Shown here piece after piece: positions 56,272-64,000 of a stretch of DNA of 64,000 nucleotides. The translations under genes and the position numbers were made by a program. Each line of letters begins with the position of its first letter. Within the stretch, counting starts at the first letter, position 1. This stretch comes from Ignavibacteriota bacterium (GTDB lineage Bacteria > Bacteroidota > Ignavibacteria > Palsa-1295). The stretch lies in contig CAWBEI010000005.1 in assembly GCA_963787835.1 (NCBI GenBank), forward strand, positions 192,001-256,000, in the 5' to 3' direction. Under the pieces are notes generated by a model. That model was not told the origin of the DNA. It saw only the letters and a program-made list of their open reading frames with translations, and did not search any database.

Positions 56272-57855
56272 TTACCGAGTGATGTCGATCTTTGCAAAAT
56301 TAACTCCAGATAAAGAAGTCATTTGCACGAAATAAGCGCCACTTGGAACTCCGGTTGGAATAGGAATACGGAATTCACCGGGACCATAAGTTCCATCCAA
56401 CAGCGTAGAGATCTTTCTGCCGAGCGCATCGAAAAGATCGATGGCGACGTGTCCGTGATCGGGAAGCGTAAAATCAATTCCCGGCAGTTTCATGTTGCCG
56501 GTTGATTGGATGCTTGCAGCGCTTATTTGCTGTTCCTCAACTCCGCTGAAAAGTGCATCGGAATCATTTACTAATGCGGTCCAGACGCTTAGCGCGCTGT
56601 CATCCATTCGCATCCATATTGGAAATACTTTGCGGTTGTAGGCAGCGATGTGAATGTAATCGCCAAAGAACACGCCGGAATCCGGCCCGAATGCGCTTTG
56701 GCTGATACGAGTGTTATTGAAGCTCGCTCCGCCATCGGTAGAGCGGGCGAGATACACATCGGTCTCGCTGTCCAGATAATGCCTGCGGTCGTAGAAGGCA
56801 AGAAAGAGATGCCCCGTAACGGGATCGATCGCCATGCTGGGGAAGAAGTGATGATTCAGCGCGCTATCGTTATTGACACGCAGCAGTTTGCTCCAGGTCG
56901 AGCCGCCGTCCGATGAATACATCGAATAGACATCCGTAATGCCTGTGCCTTGCGCCGTGCGGCGGCGTTGATCCGACCACATTACATACAATCTGCCGTA
57001 ATAGGGAGATTGAGGATTGAGATCACTAACGATCATTGGGAACCCATTAGCACGAAAGATTCCGGGAATGACGAACTCCCATCCGCCGGGTTGATCGGCG
57101 ATCGCCCGTTCCTGACCAAAGGTTTTTCCACCATCCGTGGAACGGTTGAAATAAATTTCGTTGTGCCCTGACCAGACAATGTAGATTGTGCCATCCGGTC
57201 CCGATGTGGTGACCGCTCCTTCGACGGTGTTGCTGCTATCGACGCAATCGCCGCCCCAATGATCCACACGTACGCGCGGGCTCCAGTTCGCGCCATGGTC
57301 AGTAGTTTCGGAAAAGAATATCCGGGAGCTATCCTGTGGGCTTCGGCTCCCGTAGAGATCATCCTCGTTCCACGAAGTCATGATGGTGCCATTGGAAGAC
57401 GATTTGGAGCGGTCCAGGCCGAGCCAGGCTTTATCTTGCTGGGTTGGTGTGTCCAGGCCGATCTGTTCGCCGGAATCGAAGCTCATCCCTGCATCGAACG
57501 AACGCTGGACAACAACCCTCCAAAGGAATTCCGGCTGACCCCAAAGGCCAGAGAGATGTTCATAATAAAGAATACCGGAATCATCGAACATCACATTGGG
57601 ATCACCCCAGAAGCCATAGTGTGAACTGAGTCGCGTCCAATTCCATGACAAGCCACCATCGTTGGAGGAAAAGAAGTAATTCAAGTTCGAACCGGCCGCA
57701 AGTTGGTTCGTATTCTTCGGATTAATGGCAATAGTGACTTCCTCCGGATCGGTCAGGCTGGGATCGCTGACGCGAACATTCGTAAACGATTGGGCGCGCA
57801 AACCCTGAGCCGCACAGCAGGCAGCAAAAAACAGGACCAGGCACTTCGTTTGCAT
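56272..57855 (-). CDS. BNR-repeat sialidase-fold protein with a T9SS sorting domain
   Basis: SxDGGxxW/F Asp boxes, QQDKAW, FFGDYI; C-terminal FDALGR...PSGAYFV. Confidence 0.82.
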   Translation of the reverse strand: MQTKCLVLFFAACCAAQGLRAQSFTNVRVSDPSLTDPEEVTIAINPKNTNQLAAGSNLNYFFSSNDGGLSWNWTRLSSHYGFWGDPNVMFDDSGILYYEHLSGLWGQPEFLWRVVVQRSFDAGMSFDSGEQIGLDTPTQQDKAWLGLDRSKSSSNGTIMTSWNEDDLYGSRSPQDSSRIFFSETTDHGANWSPRVRVDHWGGDCVDSSNTVEGAVTTSGPDGTIYIVWSGHNEIYFNRSTDGGKTFGQERAIADQPGGWEFVIPGIFRANGFPMIVSDLNPQSPYYGRLYVMWSDQRRRTAQGTGITDVYSMYSSDGGSTWSKLLRVNNDSALNHHFFPSMAIDPVTGHLFLAFYDRRHYLDSETDVYLARSTDGGASFNNTRISQSAFGPDSGVFFGDYIHIAAYNRKVFPIWMRMDDSALSVWTALVNDSDALFSGVEEQQISAASIQSTGNMKLPGIDFTLPDHGHVAIDLFDALGRKISTLLDGTYGPGEFRIPIPTGVPSGAYFVQMTSLSGVNFAKIDITR

Positions 57856-58149
57856 ACTACCAGAATGATGTTGGGCAAACTTTAGTTTGCCAAAATGCTC
57901 AAATTACTGGACATCTGATACGAGATGGTTCATAAAACATGCCAGTGCTCTCAAACTAAAGTATAAGCAACATGGTTAAATTTCTCGTGGTGCTTTGACC
58001 GATAGCTTGCCGCCACACGCATGATTGATCGCCGACGATCGATCGCCGACGATCAATCATGTATTAAAGAACGAGCTAAAGCGTCGATGCTTCATAAGAT
58101 TGGAACCCGGAGCGTCGGCCAGAATGGTCGTTTCCGGGTTTTTCGTTTC

Positions 58150-60084
58150 ATGGCTGAAAATAACAATAATATCGTCGTTACCTACGATCCGCTGAAGGAA
58201 TTCCTTGCTCATTATGCTGACGCAAAATCGGTAAAAAGCGAAACGGTCTCCTATGCCGGGATGACGGTGGAGGAGCGGCTAAAGCAGCGCATTATCGATG
58301 GCGATAAACTCGGGCTGGATGACGATCTTCGGGAAGCGCTGCAAACATACTCTGCCCTGGAGATCGTGAACGACATTTTGCTCGGAGGCATGAAGGTTGT
58401 CGGCGACCTCTTCGGAGCAGGGGAGATGCAGCTACCGTTTGTATTGCAATCGGCAGAGACGATGAAGGCCGCAGTGAAATTCCTCGAACCTTTTATGGAA
58501 AAGGTCGAGGGCGAACAGTCGAAGGGTGTCATGGTTCTTGCTACCGTGAAGGGTGATGTGCATGACATAGGGAAGAATTTGGTCGATATAATTCTTACGA
58601 ATAATGGCTATCGTGTTGTGAATTTAGGAATTAAAGTTGCGCTTGAGCCCATGCTCGAAGCGGCTGCGCGCGAACACGCCGATGCGCTTGGAATGTCCGG
58701 CCTGCTTGTGAAATCAACGGCCATCATGAAAGAGAATCTCGAAGTGATGCAATCGCGCAACATTCGCATTCCCGTTGTGCTTGGCGGTGCTGCGCTGACA
58801 CGTAAGTTTGTTGAAAAGGATCTGCGAGCATTGTATGAGGGAACCTTAGCTTATGCCCAGGATGCCTTCGATGGGTTGCATTTTATGGAGCAACTAAAAA
58901 ACCCTGTAGCGCCGGCGTCCTCGCCGGTCCCCAAGCTTGACAAAATGGGAACCGGCGAGGACGCCGGCGCTACAAGTTCACTTGATTTTGAAGAAGAACT
59001 TGATAACGCTACAGGCTCCGATTCTAAAATTTTGATGGCGAACCGCGTTTTGCCCTGGCTGCAGCATCCGCAGAAGACTTCATCCAGCGCAGAGAAAAGC
59101 GTTGAGTTGGAAGCATTGCAGGAACAGATCGCAGATTTCCCGATCGCAGTAAAACGCATTGAAACAGCAGAGGGAACCGAAAAACTGATCCGCACCAGTG
59201 CAACTCCGCACGATAATCCCATTCCAACTCCGCCTTTCTGGGGATCGCGGGTAGTTGAGGATATTAAGTTGGAAAAAGTTTGGGAATATCTGAATGAGGT
59301 CGCACTATTTCGTGGACAGTGGCAAATGAAGCGCGGCAAAAAATCCCCGGAGGAATTCGAGAAGCAGGTCGAAGAAGTTGCCAGACCTAAATTGCAGGAA
59401 ATGAAGCTTCGCGCAAAACGCGACCGGGTGCTTGCGCCCAAAGTAGCCTACGGATATTTCCCATGCTGGTCGGAAGGTGAGGATCTGGTTATTCTAAAGC
59501 CTCGTCAGTTAGGCTCATCGGACTTATATGTCCCATGGGACTTATCGGCGCTGCCTCTTGGTAGTCTTGTGGAATGGGAGCGATTCACGTTTCCACGCCA
59601 GCCGACGGCACGGCGGTTGTGTTTGTCGGATTTCTATCTTCCGAAAGAGGAAGCTATTCGCCGCAACCAACCAGATGTGGTCTCATTTACAGCCGTAACG
59701 GTTGGGCGCGAGGCGAGTATCTACACCAAGCGTCTCTTCGAGGCCAACGACTATGCTGATTATTTATACATGCACGGCCTGTCGGTGGAAACCGCTGAGG
59801 CGCTTGCAGAATATTGGCACAAGATCGTTCGAACCGAGCTTGGGATCGCTGGGAACGATGCGCCGGAAATAACTCGCCTGTTCAGTCAGGGGTATCAGGG
59901 GTCGCGATATTCGTTCGGGTATCCTGCTTGCCCGAACTTGGAAGACCAAACGAAGCTGTTCGATCTCATTCGTCCCGAACGCATCGATATTACATTGACG
60001 GAAGAATATCACCTCGAACCCGAGCAATCGACGACGGCCATTATTGCTCATCATCCGAGCGCGAAGTATTTCTCGATCAAGTAG
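58150..60084 (+). CDS. metH: B12-dependent methionine synthase, C-terminal half (cap, cobalamin-binding and AdoMet activation domains)
   Basis: GMKVVGDLFGAGEMQLPFVLQSAETMK, ATVKGDVHDIGKN, SGLL, GGAA, RYSFGYPACP; no Hcy or pterin domains; start ATG 58150. Confidence 0.9.
   Translation: MAENNNNIVVTYDPLKEFLAHYADAKSVKSETVSYAGMTVEERLKQRIIDGDKLGLDDDLREALQTYSALEIVNDILLGGMKVVGDLFGAGEMQLPFVLQSAETMKAAVKFLEPFMEKVEGEQSKGVMVLATVKGDVHDIGKNLVDIILTNNGYRVVNLGIKVALEPMLEAAAREHADALGMSGLLVKSTAIMKENLEVMQSRNIRIPVVLGGAALTRKFVEKDLRALYEGTLAYAQDAFDGLHFMEQLKNPVAPASSPVPKLDKMGTGEDAGATSSLDFEEELDNATGSDSKILMANRVLPWLQHPQKTSSSAEKSVELEALQEQIADFPIAVKRIETAEGTEKLIRTSATPHDNPIPTPPFWGSRVVEDIKLEKVWEYLNEVALFRGQWQMKRGKKSPEEFEKQVEEVARPKLQEMKLRAKRDRVLAPKVAYGYFPCWSEGEDLVILKPRQLGSSDLYVPWDLSALPLGSLVEWERFTFPRQPTARRLCLSDFYLPKEEAIRRNQPDVVSFTAVTVGREASIYTKRLFEANDYADYLYMHGLSVETAEALAEYWHKIVRTELGIAGNDAPEITRLFSQGYQGSRYSFGYPACPNLEDQTKLFDLIRPERIDITLTEEYHLEPEQSTTAIIAHHPSAKYFSIK
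58905..58974. repeat. GTAG-type REP dimer, in frame within metH
   Basis: TGTAGCGCCGGCGTCCTCGCCGGT (58905-58928) is the exact reverse complement of 58951-58974. Confidence 0.92.
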
Positions 60085-60100
60085 GGATTGTACGTAGCGT

Positions 60101-60128
60101 GGCACTCTTCACAGTGCGCCTCCGTTCG
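60101..60128 (+). promoter_or_regulatory. Putative ECF-sigma-type promoter or shared regulatory motif
   Basis: GGCACTCTTC-N12-CGTTCG, repeated as GGCACTCTTC-N12-GGTTCG at 60912-60939 ahead of the paralog. Confidence 0.45.
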
Positions 60129-60181
60129 CGTTCCGAATAACATTGATGCTGGTTTCCCTTCACACTTAAATTATTATTTAC

Positions 60182-60862
60182 ATGAAACATTTTGCACGGT
60201 TTGTCATCGCTCTCGGATTCCTATTTTCGCTCCCGATCCTTAATGCGTATGCCCAATCCGGATTTGAAGGGACGCTCACCTGGAGCATGGCCCTGCCGTC
60301 GATGAAACAATTCGACGAAATCATCAATGTGAAGGGTGACAAAAGTGAGATCGAGATGAACATGGGGGCCTATGGAACCTCGCAAATGTGGGGGGACCGA
60401 ACGACGGGGAAGATATATATGTATCTAAGCTCGCTAAAGAAGGGGATGATCCTGGATATGAACGATCTTACAAATACGAAAATGGATTCGCTCGATATTA
60501 CGCCAACGGGCCGTAAGGAAACCATTTCCGGGTATGCTGCCGAAGAATACCTTCAGAAAACCTCCAAAGGCGAGATTTACATTTGGTTCACAACGGGCCT
60601 CCCCAAGGATGTCCAGTATGCCTGCCTATCGTTGTTCAGGAATAGCGCGCGCCAGGATCCGAAACTTGCTGCATTCGTTATGCGGTTTATGGACAAAGGG
60701 CTTGCACCCGTTCGCATCGAAATGATAAATGATGGCAAGAGTGCCATGAGGATGCAATTCGAAATATTCGAACGCAAAAGCCTCGCGGATGCGCTGTTTG
60801 TTCCGCCATCAAATCTTTCATTCGAGGCACCGCCTTCGGGGGTAGGAAGTGGGTTGAAATAA
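60182..60862 (+). CDS. DUF4412/GLPGLI-like exported protein
   Basis: Signal peptide, FEGTLTW, TGRKETISGYAAEEY, IWF, LFVPP. Confidence 0.8.
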   Translation: MKHFARFVIALGFLFSLPILNAYAQSGFEGTLTWSMALPSMKQFDEIINVKGDKSEIEMNMGAYGTSQMWGDRTTGKIYMYLSSLKKGMILDMNDLTNTKMDSLDITPTGRKETISGYAAEEYLQKTSKGEIYIWFTTGLPKDVQYACLSLFRNSARQDPKLAAFVMRFMDKGLAPVRIEMINDGKSAMRMQFEIFERKSLADALFVPPSNLSFEAPPSGVGSGLK

Positions 60863-60993
60863 GTAAGTTTTGCTATAGTCAGCGATCCAGTGACGGTCTG
60901 CTATGAAATCAGGCACTCTTCAAACAGGAGTGCGGTTCGATATTTATTGCATTTTTGAATGTCATAACAGCCATTATTAACTAATTTCATCTC

Positions 60994-61713
60994 ATGAAAA
61001 AGCTTCTCGGTTCGTTTCTTGTTTTCGGATGTGTACTTGCATTCCCATTGCTTAATGCCCACGCACAAAAATCCTTTGAAGGGACTCTGACCTGGACAAC
61101 GTCAATGCCAATCATGGGCGATGACGATCAACACTCAATGATCATCAACATGAAAGGCCAGAAGTCTGAGATGGAGATGGATATGGGCCCAATGGGCACA
61201 GTGAGAACCTACACGGATTACGATTCGAAGAAGATATACTCGGTTACCGGTACGCAGAAGACGGGTTATGTCATGGACCTTTCGGATTCCAGCTTCAAGA
61301 AGATGGCTCAAAAGCAACTCGACTCTCTTGACTTAAAGCCAACCGGCAAGAAAGAGACTATTGCCGGTCATCCAGCCGAAGAGTACCTTCTTTCGGGCAT
61401 TAAGATGATGGGAACCAGCGTTCAATTGTCCATCTGGGCAGCATCCGGGTTTCCAAAGGAATTGCAAGAAAGTCTATCTCACTCTCTGAGCAATAGTCCG
61501 GGACAGGATCCAAAACAAACGAAGGCGTTAAGGCAGCTTGCTGATAAAGGGCTTGTGCCCGTTCGTACCGTTATTTCGAAAGATGGTGAGGTTGCGATGA
61601 CAATGGAATTTGTCAAGTATGAAGCAAAGAGTTTGGATGACTCGATCTTTGTACCACCAGCGGATGTCAAGTTCTCTGCTCCGCCAAGACAAATGGGCGG
61701 TGGCATGAACTGA
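60994..61713 (+). CDS. DUF4412/GLPGLI-like exported protein (tandem paralog)
   Basis: FEGTLTW, TGKKETIAGHPAEEY, DKGLVPVR, IFVPP shared with 60182-60862. Confidence 0.8.
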   Translation: MKKLLGSFLVFGCVLAFPLLNAHAQKSFEGTLTWTTSMPIMGDDDQHSMIINMKGQKSEMEMDMGPMGTVRTYTDYDSKKIYSVTGTQKTGYVMDLSDSSFKKMAQKQLDSLDLKPTGKKETIAGHPAEEYLLSGIKMMGTSVQLSIWAASGFPKELQESLSHSLSNSPGQDPKQTKALRQLADKGLVPVRTVISKDGEVAMTMEFVKYEAKSLDDSIFVPPADVKFSAPPRQMGGGMN

Positions 61714-61767
61714 GTTCCAGATACTCTGTCAAGTTACGGCGCAGAGTGCCGCTATAGTTTTTCTTTG

Positions 61768-64000
61768 ATGAAAGGGAATATGTACCCAATGTTATACGCT
61801 CGTTTATTATTTCGGTTAGCAATAGTCGCTGCTTTTTTTAGTATCTGGTCTTCGATCGCCGCAGCACAGCAAACGGATGATTCCGTGCAGGTTGGGCTGC
61901 CATTGAGCGCCATGCCAAAAGTGGAGCATGTCAAGGTCAATCCAGGAACGCAAATTCATGCTGCCGGAGGGTATTTGTTCGAGGAAACATTCCCACTGCC
62001 AGGCGATCCGCTGAACATGCACATGTACGAGCTGAAGAATGGCCTTAAGGTCTATCTGAGCGTGAACAAATCCGAGCCGCGCGTCCAGACCATGATCGCG
62101 GTACGTGCCGGAAGCAAATACGATCCGGAAGATGCCACGGGGCTTGCGCATTATCTCGAACATCTATTATTCAAAGGTACCGATAAATTCGGAACCATTA
62201 ATTATGCCAAAGAAAAGCCATATCTCGATACCATCGAGAACCTTTATGAAGTATATCGCGGGACGACGGATACGAATGCACGGAAGATCATCTACCATGA
62301 GATAGATTCTGTAAGCGGACTGGCAGCGAAATGGGCCATCGCGAACGAGTACGATAAAATGGTCTCGGATCTTGGCGCGCAGGGGACTAACGCATTTACT
62401 TCCGATGAAGAGACGGTCTATGTCAACGATATTCCTTCGAACGAGATCGGGAAGTGGCTGAAGATCGAGGCCGAACGGTATCGCAATCCCGTGCTGCGCT
62501 TATTCCACACCGAACTGGAAGCGGTGTATGAAGAAAAGAATCGCGGACTCGATAATGACGCTAACCAGGCCTGGGAAGCGCTGATGGCTGCGCTTTTTCA
62601 AAAACATCCTTATGGCCAGCACACGACCATCGGAACCATCCATGACCTGAAAAATCCTTCCATCAAGAAGATCAAGGAATTTTATGCGAAGTGGTACATT
62701 CCCAACAACATGGCGATCGTGATGTCAGGCGATTTTGATCCCGATTCGGTGATACGCAAGATCGTGCCGCTTTTTTCGCCTCTTCATCCCAAGCCTATTC
62801 CCGCCTGGGTGGCGCCTGTTGAAGAGACTATCGCCAAACCTGTAGTGCGTGAGGTCTATGGCCCGGATGCAGAGTTCATACAAATGGCATGGCGCTTTCC
62901 GGGAGTCAACACACATGAGGCGAAAGTTCTCAGAATGCTGGATCTCTTGCTCTCGAATTCGACTGCCGGACTGATCGATCTGAATCTCAACCAGAAACAA
63001 AAACTCCTCGAAGCCTCGACGGATGTCGAGCTTAATAACGATTACTCCGAACATATCCTCGAAGGGAAACCAAAAGAGGGGCAATCTCTCGATGAAGTTC
63101 GCGACCTTTTACTTTCACAGATCACACTGGTGAAAAAAGGCGATTTCGATGCCAGTTTGCTTCCGGCGATCATTAATAATTTGACGATCCAGCAACTGCA
63201 ATCGTATGAAAGTAATAGTGGCCGTGCCGATGTGATGATGAATGCATTTATTCATCACACGGATTGGAAATATCAGGTGGCCGATCTCGATTCACTTTCG
63301 AAGATCACAAAGGCGGAGATCGTCGCATTTGCGAATCAGTATTACGATGATAACTATGCCATCGTGTATAAACGGACCGGCGAGCGCCGCGACGTTGTAA
63401 AGGTTACCAAACCGCCGATCACTCCGGTCGAAGTAAATCGTTCGGCACAATCGGATTTCCTCAAGGCTGTCGATTCCATGCAGGTTTCGCCCATCGAACC
63501 ACATTTTGTGGATTACAAACATGATATTACCCAGTCAAAACTGAAGAGCGGGATACCGCTCTATTACCGGGATAATGATGAGAACACTCGTTTCATGCTT
63601 TCCTACGTCATTGAAATGGGGAAGCGAAATGACAAAGATCTGAAATACGCGCTTGATTATATCGACTATATTGGCACGGACAAATTATCACCTTCGGAGC
63701 TAAAGACGAAGTTGTTCTCCCTCGGAGCAAGCCTAAGCACATCCACATCGGATGACGAAGCACACATTTCGATCAGTGGCCTTCAGAAGAACTTTAAGCA
63801 GAGTGTTAAACTGCTCGAAAGTGTTTTGGCGTCTCCGAAATCGGACGATCAGACCCTCCAGCAATTTATCGATCGAACCATCAAAGAGCGCGAAGACAGT
63901 AAGAAGGATCGGCGCGCAATCCTTTTCACCGCATTGCGTGATTATGCAGAATATGGGAAGGTCAATCCGCAGACATACGATCTGACGAATGTGGAACTTC
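61768..64000 (+). CDS. M16 family (insulinase/pitrilysin) zinc peptidase, runs off the window
   Basis: Absent from the ORF track because there is no stop. Manual reading: signal peptide, YELKNGLKVYL, VRAGSKYDP, GLAHYLEHLLFKGT (HxxEH at 62149-62163), TNAFTS; start may be 61768, 61780 or 61789. Confidence 0.92.
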   Translation, partial: MKGNMYPMLYARLLFRLAIVAAFFSIWSSIAAAQQTDDSVQVGLPLSAMPKVEHVKVNPGTQIHAAGGYLFEETFPLPGDPLNMHMYELKNGLKVYLSVNKSEPRVQTMIAVRAGSKYDPEDATGLAHYLEHLLFKGTDKFGTINYAKEKPYLDTIENLYEVYRGTTDTNARKIIYHEIDSVSGLAAKWAIANEYDKMVSDLGAQGTNAFTSDEETVYVNDIPSNEIGKWLKIEAERYRNPVLRLFHTELEAVYEEKNRGLDNDANQAWEALMAALFQKHPYGQHTTIGTIHDLKNPSIKKIKEFYAKWYIPNNMAIVMSGDFDPDSVIRKIVPLFSPLHPKPIPAWVAPVEETIAKPVVREVYGPDAEFIQMAWRFPGVNTHEAKVLRMLDLLLSNSTAGLIDLNLNQKQKLLEASTDVELNNDYSEHILEGKPKEGQSLDEVRDLLLSQITLVKKGDFDASLLPAIINNLTIQQLQSYESNSGRADVMMNAFIHHTDWKYQVADLDSLSKITKAEIVAFANQYYDDNYAIVYKRTGERRDVVKVTKPPITPVEVNRSAQSDFLKAVDSMQVSPIEPHFVDYKHDITQSKLKSGIPLYYRDNDENTRFMLSYVIEMGKRNDKDLKYALDYIDYIGTDKLSPSELKTKLFSLGASLSTSTSDDEAHISISGLQKNFKQSVKLLESVLASPKSDDQTLQQFIDRTIKEREDSKKDRRAILFTALRDYAEYGKVNPQTYDLTNVEL

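Noticed and set aside
58021-58149. Upstream start for metH (MIDRRRSIADD...)
   Set aside because: It derives from a palindromic duplication and has no protein-like signal; ATG 58150 is preferred
1-64000. Numerous short ORF-track entries antisense to or overlapping recognised genes
   Set aside because: They are shadow frames of well-supported genes and show no recognisable motifs
1-64000. CRISPR array, rRNA, integrase or transposase
   Set aside because: No regularly spaced repeat-spacer run, rRNA signature or recombinase/transposase motif was seen

Overview
A 64-kb chromosomal segment from an FCB-group bacterium. Type IX secretion C-terminal domains and a short primary-type sigma70 lacking region 1.1 point to a Bacteroidota/Chlorobi relative, possibly Kapabacteria-like; this taxonomy is inference. 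Most of the window is housekeeping: rho, folC, recN, rplS, recQ, ruvA, ispH, tRNA-Lys, asnS, nuoJKLMN, nnr, ccmBCD, sigma70, ndk, sucD, hisC, kdsB, queA, a C-terminal metH half and an M16 peptidase. No rRNA, CRISPR array, integrase or transposase was seen. The most notable observations are: (1) downstream of a DUF58 gene, three cargo modules (a MazF-type toxin-antitoxin pair, a VapC-type pair and two orphan genes) are separated by degenerate copies of that gene's own last ~11-18 codons, which suggests repeated recombinase-free capture at the gene's 3' end; (2) a SIR2-family gene is bracketed by inverted REP-like repeats, with a recurrent AATAGG-NN-CCTATT motif nearby; (3) REP-like palindromes sit in frame inside three proteins (NuoM tail, a signal peptide, the MetH linker); (4) SucD carries a histone-H1-like basic tail and CcmC has an extra periplasmic domain; (5) four single-base lesions (three probable frameshifts, one in-frame TAG) may simply be assembly errors. 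All product calls come from motif recognition by eye, not database searches.
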